DNA of 63,786 bases, filler included, from Reticulomyxa filosa (GCA_000512085.1; 13 parts of 13 records of this genome joined end to end with filler, not necessarily neighbours in it); one strand, 5' to 3'. Positions 49,961 to 63,786 are shown, counted from the whole stretch's first letter. The notes: generated by a model from the letters alone, not told the origin. Numbers and translations: made by a program.

Positions 49961-51109
49961 ATGACCACAAGGACATTGAAGATGCTTATTTTGTTTTTTG
50001 TAATGTTGTTTGTTGTTTACTTTTTGTTGCAGTGTGTATTTAGTACTGTACATTTTTGGGTGATGTTCTTGTTCACATTGTTTTTCTTTATGAATTCAAC
50101 AGTAACATTCTATCTAAAAAAAATTTTCCTTTCCAAGTTGATTTGTGTCTTTGGTTTTTCAGATTGTTTCACTTTTGGATAATTTGTTATTACAATTTGT
50201 TGCCTTGTCTTTTGAATAACAGTACAAATAATTGAATACTTCAAAATGTATCAAAGTATTCACATTCAGCTACATTAAATCCAATGCAAATGTTTTTCTC
50301 TTGAATGGCTCGTTTGGTATCATTGGTACTTGAAAAGATTACCTTCACCATTGATAATCCTAAGATTTCAATTGATTTCCGTTTACAGGATCAATAATTC
50401 TTGCATAAAAATTCTTTTCTGATCTTTATTTTCTGCTTCCAAATGTTCTTTTCGTTATTTCTTCTTTTTATTATTTGATTGATTAACGCTCAATTCAGAA
50501 TGTCTCATCTTTTTGTTCATCATTCCAGTGATAGAGTCATCTTCGACTTCGGGTAATCCTCTCTTGCGATCTTTCTTTGATAGATCAATCGATGAACTTT
50601 TTCCATTATTTGCCAATACTTTTCCATTATCCAAATCTGTTTGTTGCAATTTCTTTGATTGATTACTCATTGAATTCATCCAATTTTTAAGTAATGAATT
50701 AGGATTTAATAAAAGCAGAAATTCTTTTATTAACCTGTGTTTCTAGGCCTGGGTATAGCAGCTCTCGATTACGTCTGTAAAATACAATTTTTTTCAAAAG
50801 TTAGTCTCGATGATGAAAGTGGTAATATTAATTTTTTTTAATGATCAAAAGAAACCATTATTATCTGCAGTTTCTATCGAAATTTGCAGTGTAAAACATT
50901 CAATATTCAAGCATTCGAGCAAGAATTACAATCTACTATGAAAATGACTGAATACATTATCATTGGAAGAGATTGAAATGCTCATCGTCCTGCATGGTTG
51001 GATTATAACATAGATGAGTGTACTCTTGATTTCATTGTATCCAGGAAGATATGGAAAGGCAATAAACCATGAAGGAAACACAAGAAACTTGTTCATGAAA
51101 TTCAAGGAA

Positions 51110-51345
51110 TTAATAAACACGTGCAAGGCTCAAGGTCCTGATAACATCCATAATCAAATGTTTAAGAATGGTGGCATTGGTATTTCTATTTAGATGACGT
51201 TTCCGAATGGGATATATGCCAATTGCATGGAAAAAGGCAAACATTGTGCCTGGCATAGCCAGTGCAAGAGTCTCAATTGCATTGTTATCAAATGTTGGTA
51301 AATTGATGGAAAGAATCGTCACAAGGAGATTGGCAGCGTCGATTA
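51110..51345 (+). mobile_element. Non-LTR retrotransposon reverse transcriptase remnant (domains 0-2)
   Basis: KAQGPDNIHNQMFKNGG, GYMPIAWKKANIVP, IALLSNVGKLMERIVTRRL, with deletions and an internal stop. Confidence 0.85.
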
Positions 51346-51599
51346 AAGCACATACATTTTCGATGACTTGGAAGACTGTATTTGTACATTTTCAAACATC
51401 GACAACACAACAACAATTGGAGAATCTTGTGCATAATTTCAATGAAATGCAACAAGAAAATGAAGAAAAGATAAAGAAACAAAGAACTCCAAAATGCTCN
51501 NNNNNNNNNNNNNNNNNNNNNNNNNNNNNNNNNNNNNNNNNNNTTAATTAATTAANNNNNNNNNNNNNNNNNNNNNNNNNNNNNNNNNNNNNNNNNNNN

Positions 51600-51979
51600 A
51601 ATTATTAAATACAATATTATCTGGGTCAGAAGATAAAAGTGTTTGTTTGTGGGACATTCGATCTGGTGAGCAAGTTCAAGTATTCAATGGACATACAAAT
51701 ATAGTATTGACTGTTGCATATTCACCATTTGTGATTAAGAATAGTATTGGTAATTCAAATGTGATATGTTCTGGATCAACTGATAATACAATTCGTTTTT
51801 GGGATATTCGATCAAATAAGAATGAATTGTATATGATCAAAGGAGATGATAAAGAAGATAATGGAATATTTTATTTTAAATTTATTGAATTGAAAAAGAA
51901 AGATAAGACAAAGAATGTTACATATGATTTGAATTTGTGTTATGGTTCGGGCAAAGGCCTCATTTATATTTGGGGATAA
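51600..51979 (+). CDS. WD40 repeat protein, 3' fragment (same family as 19436-20788 and 56542-58958)
   Basis: LLNTILSGSEDKSVCLWDIRSG...ICSGSTDNTIRFWDIRS...NLCYGSGKGLIYIWG. Confidence 0.88.
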
Positions 51980-53256
51980 TTTAGTTTTTGTTGAATAAGA
52001 AGTGAAAGTGTTTTTTTTTGAAAAGTTTGATCAAAAGAAAAGTGAGGTGATATTAAACTTGTTTGTTTTGATTGAATTCAAGCATTGAAAAAGCTGCATT
52101 CAATGTTTTTTAAAGAATTCAAAATCATGATAAATGAAAATAGCAAAATAAATTGCAATGTTGTAGAATCGAACACAATTGTCTTTGTAGTAATTTATGA
52201 ATATTATTTAAAAACTTAAAATGTTGTGGCTGTCGTTGAATGTTTTCAAATAATATGGCGATAAATACAAGAAAGGAAAAAAGTGTCCTAAGTTTGAAAG
52301 GCAAGCAGTAAAGTAAGGACAGTTCTCTTGATTAGTAAATTTATTTGAAATGAATTGTGTGTTATTAAATGATTTTGAATTGATATTTTTGTTTTAGTAT
52401 CTGTCAAACCACATCTGTCATTCCAAATTTCTAATGCCTTTTTTTGTTTTTGTTTTAATTGTGATGTGTATGTTTGTAAACATTAACAAAAAAGGTTTGA
52501 GAAAATCCCTTTTCTTTCTTATAAAGATTTTTCCTTACTTTTGGTATATTTTTCAGTAATTAGCCTCGACTTATCAAAAGATATTAATTTTTTTATTCGG
52601 ACGAAAGGTTTTCTGAAACAAATACCTTTCACATTCCAATAAGTCGCGCATGTTATTGCTACCGTTTTTGTTTTGTGCTGCGTTTGCGTAATTGTTTTTT
52701 TAAACCTTTTTTTCCAAAATAATTGAAAAAAGAAAAACTATTGAATAAAAACAAAACTTTCAAAGCTGTCCTTTTACAAATACTTTCAATTAGCAATTTC
52801 TTTACTCAGAATTGCAAATTTTTTCCTGAGAAAGACAATTTTGATAAACTATTTTCCGTGTGTATTATGCGTGCTATGTCTAGATTGTTAACCTTTTTTT
52901 TTCTACTTTGAAAGTTGTGAAAAACATTTCAATTTCATTTCTTTTTTTTTAATACTTGAAAAAAGCTCTTTTATACTATGTGTGAAATCCTCAAGGCCAT
53001 GAAAAATGCTTTTCTCTTCCTTAAAATGATCAAAGTCCGAACTGGACGTCTCGTTTCCCAGTGCAAGTGTATTCCACTGGAACATTTCAGATGTTTGAGT
53101 ATTTTTTATATTTAATACGCAAGAATCAAGAAAAAATATATTTTAATCAAATTTAAATTTATTTAAAAAATCAAGTTTTGTTTGAATAATTTGTTACTTT
53201 CGTGTTTCAAAAGGGGTCCTTTTTAAAAAAAATTTAAAAACTTCAGCATTAACAAC

Positions 53257-55563
53257 ATGGGTAATCGAACTACAGCACAAAAATCTACTGAAAGACAAGC
53301 CAAGCAAACTGAACAAAGTCAACATCTTATTACTCCAACTTCCTTTCAACATTTGACAGATTTACCTGCTACACTTTCTGAAAGACAAAGCGAACCTCTT
53401 GTTACCCCCTTTCAAACTCTGAAAGCTTTGCCCATTCCACTTGAAGAATCTCAATGTGTGCTACACAAGCACGAAATCATCATTTGTGGAGGTAAAGACG
53501 AAAGAGCTTGTTATTCTTATCACACAATCAAAAACGAATATAAGTTTATCTGTGAGTATCCAAGTGATGTTGAATTAGCTAGACACTGTGTAGTGGAACT
53601 GGCAAATAACAACAGTAAAGACAGACATGAAATCACTTTGTTATCTTTTGGTGGATTTCGTAAACATACATTGATGATGAAATATGTAAGTATTTGGAGT
53701 AACGAAAACAATAAATCAAAGGAATTAAACAATTACAACGAATGGATTCCCTTCACAGACAATCACAATCATCCAATTATCATTGGAAGAGACATTGATA
53801 ATTATTCAGGATTGCGTGCAGTGATTGGTGGACGTAATAATAATTTGTTATTTATTACTTATTATTATAGGAATATTAGTGTGTTTGATTTAAATACATT
53901 TCAATTTATTAAACATGATACTTTACCAACTAATAATGCAATATATTGTCATTGCTTTGTATCAAAGTCAGCAAATGAACAAGGACAAGAAAGAATGAAC
54001 ACAAACGAAGAAGAAAATAAACGAAGTTATCAAATGCTTTTATTTTGTGATTGTACAGGATTGTCAATTGAATATAATGAAGATAACAACGCTTTTCAAT
54101 TTCATCAACTACCTGTTTGTGATGATATTGCGCCATTATTTAGATATGCATATGTGTGTGTCAATGGTGCTATATTGTTCTTTGGTGGATGTAATGATGG
54201 AAATGGTACTAATTCTGTTGTTTCAAAATCAGTGTACAAGTATTTAATTCGAGAAAACAAATGGATGATATTCGAAAACTTTTTACCCAGTTCATTAGTA
54301 AATTGTGTTGCAGTACTGAGTGAAGAAGACAATGATATACACATCATTGGAGGAAGAGATGATGAAAGGAGAACAGTATTAACTCACCTGAAAGCAAGAG
54401 TATGTGTATGGAATGCTCCGCAGTTGGTAATGATTTGTTTATTTATTTTTTGGTGATCAAATAGAAATAAATTATATTACATACATAATAAATAATCAAC
54501 AGTCAACAAATGAAATAAAATGTATCATTCAATATTGGGTTCGAGTTTTAAAGATAAAATTAGGATGGATTGATGAATTTAACAAAATTGTTATAGACTA
54601 TGCTAAAGTAATATTTTTTTTTTTTCTGTATATAAATTATTGTTATTATATAATTTGCATTTTCAAATAGGTAAAAGGCTATCAATTATTAATGGTTTTA
54701 CAAGGACATGACATAGCAGTGAGCAGTGTAAGATTTTCTGCAGATGGTCGCAAGATTGTTTCAGCATCATATGATCGCACTGTTCGAATATGGGATGTTT
54801 CATCGGGAAAACAACTCCAAATTTTCAGAGGACATACTAGTGCTGTTTTTACTGCGAGATTTTCACCAGATGAGCATACTGTTGCTTCATGTTCAAAAGA
54901 TGGAACAATTCGATTATGGGATGTTAATACAGGAACTGAGATAATAAAAATAGAAAAAAAGTTTGGTCCGATATGGGATATAGACTTTTCTCCAGATGGA
55001 AGATATATTGTGTCAGGTTTTAGAGATAAAACAATAAGATTATGGGATATACATTCTGGAATAGAAATAAATCGATTATTAGGGCATTCAGCAGGTGTAT
55101 TGAGTACACAATTCTCATCAGATGGCAAAATGATTTTATCGTCATCAATAGATAAAATAATTAATCTATGGAACGTAGAATCTGGTGAAATATTGAAACA
55201 ATTCAAAGGCATTCTGATCGTGTAACACGTGCAAAATTTTCTCCAGATAGTAAATTTATTGTATCTTGTTCACTTGATAGTACAGTTCGAATATGGAATA
55301 TTGAAACAGGAATAGAATTGAAAATATTGAAAGAATATTTAAATACTGTGAATGATATACAATATTTTCCAGATTGTCAAACAATTGTATCATGTTCAAG
55401 AGATAGAACAGTTCGATTGTGGAACGTAGAATCAGCGAAAATAATACAAATATTGAACGGAAAATCTGACGTGAAATGCGTGGATGTTTCTCAAAATGGG
55501 AATAAAATTATAGTAGGCTCTAGTGATTGTAAAATCCAAATTTTGGGATTATTATATCCATAA
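53257..55563 (+). CDS. Kelch-like propeller + linker exon + WD40 repeat protein; exons 53257-54426, 54503-54607, 54671-55563
   Basis: Kelch-like IIICGG, LLSFGG, AVIGG, ILFFGG and IHIIGG blades. WD40 repeats GH...V.FS.DG..IVS.S.D.T.RIWD. One-base frameshift near 55208. Confidence 0.85.
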
Positions 55564-56541
55564 AAGTAATAAAATTTTTTTAAAAAATGAAAGATTTTAA
55601 AACGATTTCTTAATTATATTCCTTTTGAATATAATTTTCTATGTCACATACAATTGCAAATTTAATAGGAAACAAAATTTTCCTTACAAAAATTGTAATA
55701 CATCAAAAGTGATAAAATCAAACAACGTTGTAACAATCACTTTTTTTGGAATTATTTTTTTTATGTAAAAAATAAAGACTTGTTCATCTTCTTATATTTT
55801 TTAAATATTTACTAATGATTGAATGTAAACTGATTTTTAGAATAATATTTTTTCAACTTCTTTTTTTCAAAGGCTTTCAATGAAATAATTTCTTTGAACT
55901 TTCAAATTAATATTATTGTTTAAACTTAATTTTTGGAACTTAATTTCATGCGATTTGTTTGCTTTTAAAAGTTCTGATAATCGTTGTGCATGCTATTCTA
56001 TCTATTGAAATAAATGTTTCTTATTTCTATGATAATTTAATATTTTCATCATCTCATTTGTTATCCAAACAGCAATCATTAAATAAAGATAATGTAATAC
56101 TTATCTGAAATCTCTTCTTTTTGTAAATTACTCGATCATTGCATTAAATGTAATAATGTTTTGATAGTTGATGTCTTGCTTCAGAAGAAATTATTGCTTT
56201 TGACAATGCACCCTATTGTCCTTTTTACTTTATCCTGCTTTGATTGTTCGATATTATACAGAAAACAATAGCAAATGGACACAAAAAAACAATTTTAAAA
56301 TTAATAGTGATTTGCAATCAGTGCTTGAAATATTTTACAATTTATTTTAATATTTGGATATAATTTTCATTAATTAGCTTGAATGCTTTAAAAAATATTG
56401 AACTAAGCTTTTTGAATTTCTTTAAAGCAAGATAGAACGCATCTTTCAATCAAATTAAGCAAGTTTAATGTCATCTTACTTTTCATTTAGTCAAACTTTT
56501 CAAACAAAAATCACTTTTATTCTTATTTGACAAACAGTAAA

Positions 56542-58958
56542 TTATCCCCAAATGCAAATGTGACCTTTATTTGAACCATAACACAAATTCAAATCATATG
56601 TAACATTCTTTGTCTTATTTTTCTTTTTCAATTCAATAAACTTAAGACACAATATTCTATCGTCTTCTTTATCATCTCCTTTGATCATATACAATTCATT
56701 CATATTTGATCGAATATCCCAAAAACGAATTGTATTATCAGTTGATCCAGAACATATCACATTTGAATTACCAATATTCCTTGTTACAAATGGTGAATAT
56801 TCAACAGCATTAACACTATCTGTATGTCCATTAAACACTTGAATTTGTTTACCAGATCGAATATCCCATAAACAAACACTTTCATCTCTTGATCCAGATA
56901 ATATTGTATTTAATAATTCATTTGATCCATATTTTACACTATTCACACAATCTGTATGTCCTTTGAATAGATTGCATTGTTTTGTTGTTTCAATATCCCA
57001 TATTCGAATGGTATTATCCCATGATCCAGAACAAATTGTATATCCATTTCCACCAATCACACCAATATCACAACTTTCGTTATTGTTATCATTCTTGTTC
57101 TTACTTTGCAATGGTGAAATATCAACACACAAGACACCATCTGTATGTCTATTGAAAACACGTAATAATTTTGATGTTTCAACATCCCATAAACAAATTG
57201 TTTTGTCAAATGATCCAGAACACAAATATTTACCACCACTAAATTGTGAAAATTCAATGCCACAAACATTTTCTGTGTGTTCATCGAATACTTGCAATTG
57301 CCGATTATGTTTGAAATCCCAAAAACGAATGGTTTTGTCACGTGATGAAGAACAAATGACATTTTGATGATGATTACGATAATGATATGACGAAAATTTC
57401 ACACAATACACAAAGTCTGAATGTCCATTGAATGATTGAATTTGTTTGTTTTTGTTTATATCGCATACACGAACTATGTTATCATGTGATCCAGAACAAA
57501 TGAATTGACAATCATCAAATGTTGAATAATCAATACTATACACAGCACTTGTATGTTCAGTGAATTTAGTGATTAATTTGGATGATGAACGAAATGTGTC
57601 AAACATAAAAATAGCTGCCTGTGTTAACAACAATGATAAAAAATAAATAATTTTTTTTAATTACAATAAAAAATGAACAAATGCAAACTTAACATAATTG
57701 ACAACTAATTTATCGAAATTATTTGCCCATCCAAATTTGACGTGTAATATTCGAATCCAATGTTGGATAATGATTTGGATCTCGTTTTCCTTTGGTTAAT
57801 TCAATCACAAGTCACACACACATACAATATATACAAAAAAAAACCTAAAGATAACCAACTCTCAAATTTAGATAAGACTTACCAATGTATATGATTGACT
57901 GTGTTTGAATTGTGATAATTGATTATTGTGAATATCTTTTTTGAATGTTTCAATTTCGATCTGATGTATTTCATGAATGATATATTTATATGAAAATGGA
58001 AATAAAAAACAAATAATACCAGTTGTTGTTTTAAGCTTAGATTTTCATTATTTATTTTTGCAATTTCTTCATTTTGATTTTTTTCATTCAATTCTTTTTC
58101 GGATTTCAATTGTTTAATCTCATCCTGTATTTAATATTACAATTAATTATATGTTTATTTTTTCAATTCAAGCAATAGAAATATTTTTTTGAAAAAATAG
58201 AAAATCCTTACATTGTTGATTTTTAGTATTTCTTCAAATTTGATGATACGAATGTCAAATGCACTTTGACATTGTTTAAGTTGTTGAATTTCTTCATTTA
58301 GCTTTTCAATTTCTGCAATACTTTTCAGGTTCAATTTTCTTAATTCCCCCTATTTTAAAAAATGTTTCCCTTCGTTTATTTATCTGTTGCAAATTATTGA
58401 AAAAAAACTCAAAAATAATAGCAAAACTGTTTGTAATTTTTCAGCTTGCAATTGCGATTGTAGCTCTTTGACCAATAAAATAATTTGTCGAATTGAAATC
58501 AATCGGCATGAATTGTCCAAATGATCTTTCATTTCATTTATTTTTCCTTTGTAGTTGCATTCATTTTGGTTTTCATCTTTTGATTGATTTTTTTTCAAAT
58601 CGTATTGCCGAGGACATGTTACCAACAAATTTGAAACTTGTTGTCTCAAAGATTGGTTCTTCACAAATTCGCAATGATCGTGTTGTTCAATTGGACATTT
58701 GCCATTGCTTTGTTTTAAGTACTTTTGCAAACACTCTTCCCCGATCAAATACACTTGTCCTGCATTTTCATGCTTATTGCATTGTAATTCCATTGCGTTG
58801 TTTGCAATTTGATTGCAAATGCAGCAGATTAAATGGTTCAATTTCTGTTTGTCGTTAGTTAACAAAACCCAGTCTTTGTTATAACAGCTGAAACTGGAAA
58901 ATGTTTCTTTTTCATTTTCCAGCTTTCTTTCATTTCTTTCCACATTCAAGACTAACAT
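56542..58958 (-). CDS. RING/TRAF-like zinc finger + coiled coil + linker exon + WD40 repeat protein
   Basis: LICCICNQIANNAMELQC..H...GEECL...CPI..H..C, VTCPRQ, CNYKG...DHL...C, then coiled-coil exons and about 7 WD40 repeats ending GHICIWG. Confidence 0.88.
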
Positions 58959-61475
58959 TATCTTTATTATGATGAAGAGTTTTTTTTTTAAAAAAAGTTG
59001 TGTTTAAAAAGGGACAGCACGAAACTCACTATTTTTATAAAGTGGTTAACATTATTGAACAACTTTGTTTATTTTTTATTTTTGAAAAAGTAAATGAAAA
59101 CAACAGCAAAAGTTCATCTCCATTTTACATTAATTTCGTGTTTAATCCTGTTTAAGGGAGTGAGTCTTTTGCACATTCAATTTCTAAAAGCATCAAGAAG
59201 TTAAAGATTATTTTTTTTGGAGGTAATTTCAATAAAACAGCAAGAATAGATTAATAATAAAAGTAACGTTGTTGCACAAACAAAAACTATGTTCATTAAT
59301 GTGAGTATAGCAGTTGCGATAAAAAGAAATGCAAATTTATTTTAAAAAATTACAATTTGTACATTGCTAAAACTAAATTAATAAAGAATTTTTTTCTTTT
59401 ATCCAAACGAAAAGTTTTTTTTTTGGATAAAAATTCTTTTTTTTTTCAAGTTTTTGATTATTTAAAGAAAAGTTAATAATCAGTCCTGCTTTAACAAAGA
59501 CTGGGCTTTACCCTATACATTTTATTTATTTGATTTGCAAATAAATTGTAACCAAAAAACAACGAGAGGAACCAAGAATGCCATTATATGGACATAGTGC
59601 TTAAGAATATTTATGGAAATTAACATTGTTGTATCTTCTTCTAATTCTTGTTTTCTTGATTTTTTCAATATCGATATGACATTAGCACAACTTGCTGGAT
59701 TTGTTTCATCCATAATATATTTATTGAAATATTCAAATAAAATAACATAAATAGTTTTTTCTTTGAATTGAATTTATACAAAATAAGTAACATTATATTG
59801 CCCTTCTATGATGCATATTTCATAATTTGAAGATTTTTTTATTGTAGAATTGTCGTTACTGATTATTGTAATGTCCAAATATTTTACAAAATGTAATATT
59901 TATCTTTCATTTCAAANNNNNNNNNNNNNNNNNNNNNNNNNNNNNNNNNNNNNNNNNNNNTTAATTAATTAANNNNNNNNNNNNNNNNNNNNNNNNNNNN
60001 NNNNNNNNNNNNNNNNAAGTGTTGAGATTTGAATGTTAAGTAATGTGTGTTATATATACTTTTTTATTTCTTTTTCTATATGCTATGTCAATATCATATT
60101 GATTAATACAAAACAAAATAGCCAAAGAACTACATATCTCTTTTCCAGCATAAAATTTTGCATATTGTTCTGCTCGTTTCAGCAACAAAGAGAATCAGAC
60201 GGCAGAGATTATGCAGAACATGCTCATTGTTGTTTTTTCATTTTTATTCCTTGTTTTCCTTTTATCACTTTTTTTTTTTTGTTTCTGAAAAATTTTTAAA
60301 AAAGGATTCAAAGTTTATAGAGTAATTTTTTGGAGGTTGTTTTTTTCTTTTTAAAGTTTATTTAAAACTGAATATTAAATTGAATTATTTGCGCAATTTC
60401 AATATTCTGCAACTAATTTCAAAGGACTTGAAAATTTGTGTATTTTGATTCATATCAATTTTAATTTACAATAGGCATTAAGAAGAAAATAAATATGTTT
60501 TACATAGATCAGATTTGCTTGGATAATAAGACACTCCAATTTACCATGTATTTGAAAGTTGTTCTTGTGTTCAAGACAATTTTATTTACTAGTCTTCATA
60601 TTTTTTTTGCCTTTTGCATCGTTAATTATTTCTATCTTTTCAATCTATTCACCGATAAAATACTTTGAAATAAATTTTATTCAATTGGTTTCAGTCATAT
60701 TTATTAAGAAGCTCAAGTACTTTAATACCTAAATTAACACGCTATCTCCAGTGATTTGGTAATGGAAAAGATAGTATCATGTACACTCTGATGCAATGGC
60801 TAATTTCTTCATGTGGATTGTCAGGCTTCACTTGTGGTATTAAAGGATTTACTGAATATGTTTTAGACCAGAAAAGGTAGTTTGAAAGATCTGGAACGGG
60901 ATATACGGCAATAGAGTGTAGCTAGCAATAGGATTTGTGATAAGAAAGAGCCGGTTAGTTGAACAAAATGAAGTAACACTTAGTGTTACCAATGCCAAGA
61001 CTCGCTGATCAAAGTACGTGTCATCATTGACAGACGGACATAGGAACGAGTTGGTGAAGACATTAAACTTTGTGTGGAGATGTTTTTCAATGAGGGAATT
61101 GATGTTCATGTAGAGAGTTTTTTGTTTGCCGTCCGTCAATATGTCACACAAAACAATAGCATATTTATACTCGTTGAATTATATGCACGTTAAGAATGTT
61201 TTCTTGAGACGCTTCAAAAAAATTAGTTGTAGAAATACTGAAAATTGTAATCAATACCAGTACAATCGACAAAACAAAGTCAAATACATTTTCCTCTTGC
61301 AATCAGCATAAATAATAAGATAAACTTCTAAATAAAAAATTTTTTTACAACCAGTTGCAGAGTATTGAGACCCAACGTAATAGCGTGTTTTACTCAAAAA
61401 AACTCTACAAAAATTTTAAAAACCTTAGCGTTCCCCTTCTAATAAAATATCAATCTCTGGAAAAGATCAAAACAA

Positions 61476-61640
61476 ATGGAAGAGAAGTATCCTGAGAGAA
61501 TACTTGCGAATGAAACCTCAGAAGTAAAAGAAGAAAAAAGTAACAAAAAAAAAGAAAACGAAAAACTGGACCCATCGAAAGAAAAATTAAAGCGACATTA
61601 CCAATCACAAGATAAATTGGACCCATTATTTGATGATCCT
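61476..61640 (+). CDS. N-terminal fragment of a probable NACHT-type NTPase family protein (contig ends)
   Basis: KLKRHYQSQDKLDPLFDDP resembles, from recollection, the pre-NACHT segment of an expanded foraminiferan family. The NTPase motifs are not in the window. Confidence 0.4.
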
Positions 61641-63786
61641 NNNNNNNNNNNNNNNNNNNNNNNNNNNNNNNNNNNNNNNNNNNNTTAATTAATTAANNNN
61701 NNNNNNNNNNNNNNNNNNNNNNNNNNNNNNNNNNNNNNNNTTCGTCCTCGTGGCCCTTACCACTTTTAAATCGCTTTCATGATTGTTTGTATGACGAAAT
61801 CGTGTATCGTTTGGAGCTGCTGCAAGGCCAATATCCCAACTTGATAAAAGTGGACAAAGGATCAGAGCGCTACGGAGTGCATTGGCCAACTTTGAAAAGT
61901 GGGGAAGAAGTGAAGTGGTGATTTACCATCAATGCACAATGTTCCAAGAAAAGGAAATAAACATCACCATTTTAATGCTAACATAAATAGCTCTCCCGTT
62001 CACAGATGGAACCCAAAAAAACTTTGATGACGGTACGTTTTTTAACTGTCATTTACACAAAAACTTGTAAATATTGAAAGAGTTTGTGACAGGACATTTG
62101 AATCGTAAATGGATCATATGATAAGCAGCAAATCTTTAAAGATATCAATTGATTAATAAAATGTCCATTCCATATTTGCGCAATGAAAATTTTATCTATT
62201 TCATAAGTTGCACAACAAAGTTTGAAGACTATTCGTTTGTTGTATTATTAATACAACAAAAAACGTAGGAAAAGATTTTGTAACATTCACATTTACCTTA
62301 TTCAATCTGTTTCATTGCAGTTTTGCATCCATTCTAATGTGTACATTTTGTATATTAAACAATTCATAATCTCCATATTGCCAACCTTTTTCATTTTTTC
62401 AGTCCGTCATATTGAAGCGAAAGGATGACATTGAAGGGAGACTACATTCGTATTATTATTCTTTCGTTTTGTAAAATCTGTTGTCTTTATGCCAACACAC
62501 AATCACAACAAAAGCTATGTGCTCATTCTCAATCTTGTTTTTTCCATGTAGCTTGTTTACAATATTTATAAATGTGCATGTAGTTGAATACCTGCAATAT
62601 GCTATTCCACTGCAATTATACAATGTGAATAACATGATATTATATAAAAAAGGATTATTGAAATAGAATTAATATATAATACTTTTTTTCAATTGCATTA
62701 AAGTGAACTTTAATTGATAAAGAGATATTATTGAATTTTGAAAAATAGTGTAGACGCTGAATCAGATTGCGAGATTTGGAGCCAATATAATTTGATATGA
62801 ATTAATGTTTTAGGCAATGCATATATATGTTCATTGTCGATTTCACTTAAGTCCAAATAGCTTGAATAGACAATCCAATAATTTCAAATGACAGTAATCC
62901 TGCATCTATCTTAATTCTCCTTTCAATGCATATTTCGCAATTCATTGAGATTCTTATACTCTTTGCAAGTCGATTGTGTTGATGGATGTGCTATTTGTTG
63001 GCAAACTGCACAAACAAAGTACTTGAGTTTGCTTGCTTTATTCGCTGCCTGTATCCATTGCTTACTCAAGCAAGTTTCAACCGAAAAAAGCTTAGTCATC
63101 ACCAGTTGTTCGCGTTTCTCTTCTATAGTATTTAAAAGCAGCAGTTTTCTTCAGATTTTACACCAAGAAATGATTTATTCTGGAGAAGGGAAAAAAAGTT
63201 AAAAACAATACTAAAAATATTTAAACAAAAAGAGAAAGTCATGGATAAACATATTTTCTTCTGAATATTGAAGTTTTGTACTTATATTCTACTGAAAATT
63301 ACCATAAAAAGCAAAGAGTTAGTCGTCATCAAGTTTTTTAGAAAATCTATGTAGGAATTTTGAGGTATTAAAAATTGATCTTTCATCGAGCTAAACAATG
63401 TTGAGTTCTCTTTATGAATATTAGGAAGCAATTGTGCAAGGCACAAAAACAAAAGACTCACAATTTGTAGTGTAACATATGTAAAAAAAAACAAACAAAA
63501 GTGCTACTATAAACTCCACATAGGGTGCAATTAGTACAAGTTGTGAACAGCCAAACGTCAATATACGCATTGCAAAGGAAACCAATGGCTAGAGCGGGGC
63601 CAAGATGGACAGTTGATATTATATTACTGCAGCAACACACATCAATACCTATTAATGCGTTGGTGGAAATCAAATGAATGATTGGCATATCAACTCATCC
63701 CACGGCAAGCTAAAGCCAAAAGGAGAAAGATCTTGGGTCTTGGTAGCTTATGTATGCTATATCTCAAAAAAAAAAAAAAAAAAAAA

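Noticed and set aside
6506-55209. Frequent single-base frameshifts in otherwise intact genes (6506-6511, 8952-8958, 10055-10061, 17958-17963, 22463, 55208) as possible programmed frameshifting
   Set aside because: All fall in homopolymer runs, go in both directions and share no slippery-site-plus-stop motif. Pyrosequencing-type errors explain them best. Raw reads would settle it.
59383-59440. Hairpin TTTTATCCAAA...TTTGGATAAAA
   Set aside because: Low-complexity A/T sequence in which such stems arise by chance.
27740-61740. Regularly recurring TTAATTAATTAA flanked by N runs, superficially like a repeat array
   Set aside because: Identical 44N-12-44N layout with stops in six frames. It is an artificial contig linker, so adjacency across it carries no biological meaning.

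Overview
This window is not one locus. It is about 13 unrelated contigs joined by an artificial 100-nt spacer (44 N + TTAATTAATTAA + 44 N). Nearly all of it is AT-rich, intron-rich eukaryotic DNA. The expanded WD40, Kelch-like, TRAF-zinc-finger and NACHT-type families and the intron style point to a foraminiferan such as Reticulomyxa filosa (inference). Contig 1 (1-27739) is gene-dense: OAT, casein kinase 1, a 6TM membrane protein with an RGS domain, a CMGC kinase, RAB5IF, dTMP kinase, Rab8-like GTPase, cytochrome b5 reductase, TBC RabGAP, WD40, ABHD17-like hydrolase, a secreted protein, a beta-hydroxyacid dehydrogenase and a partial kinase. Later contigs carry a ZIP transporter, an ABC1 kinase, FAM161, a metallophosphoesterase, LINE remnants and modular WD40 genes. 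One contig (30343-32738) is bacterial: two IS5-family ends bracket decayed nurA, marR and DUF1398 genes. The best candidate for an undescribed system is at 5264-7783. Splicing in an exon that the ORF track misses gives a complete S1-S4 voltage-sensor domain on the 6TM scaffold of protist channel-like adenylyl cyclases, with an RGS (G-alpha GAP) domain where the cyclase would be. This suggests a voltage-regulated RGS. Several single-base frameshifts lie in homopolymers and are probably sequencing errors. All family assignments come from motif recognition; no database search was run.
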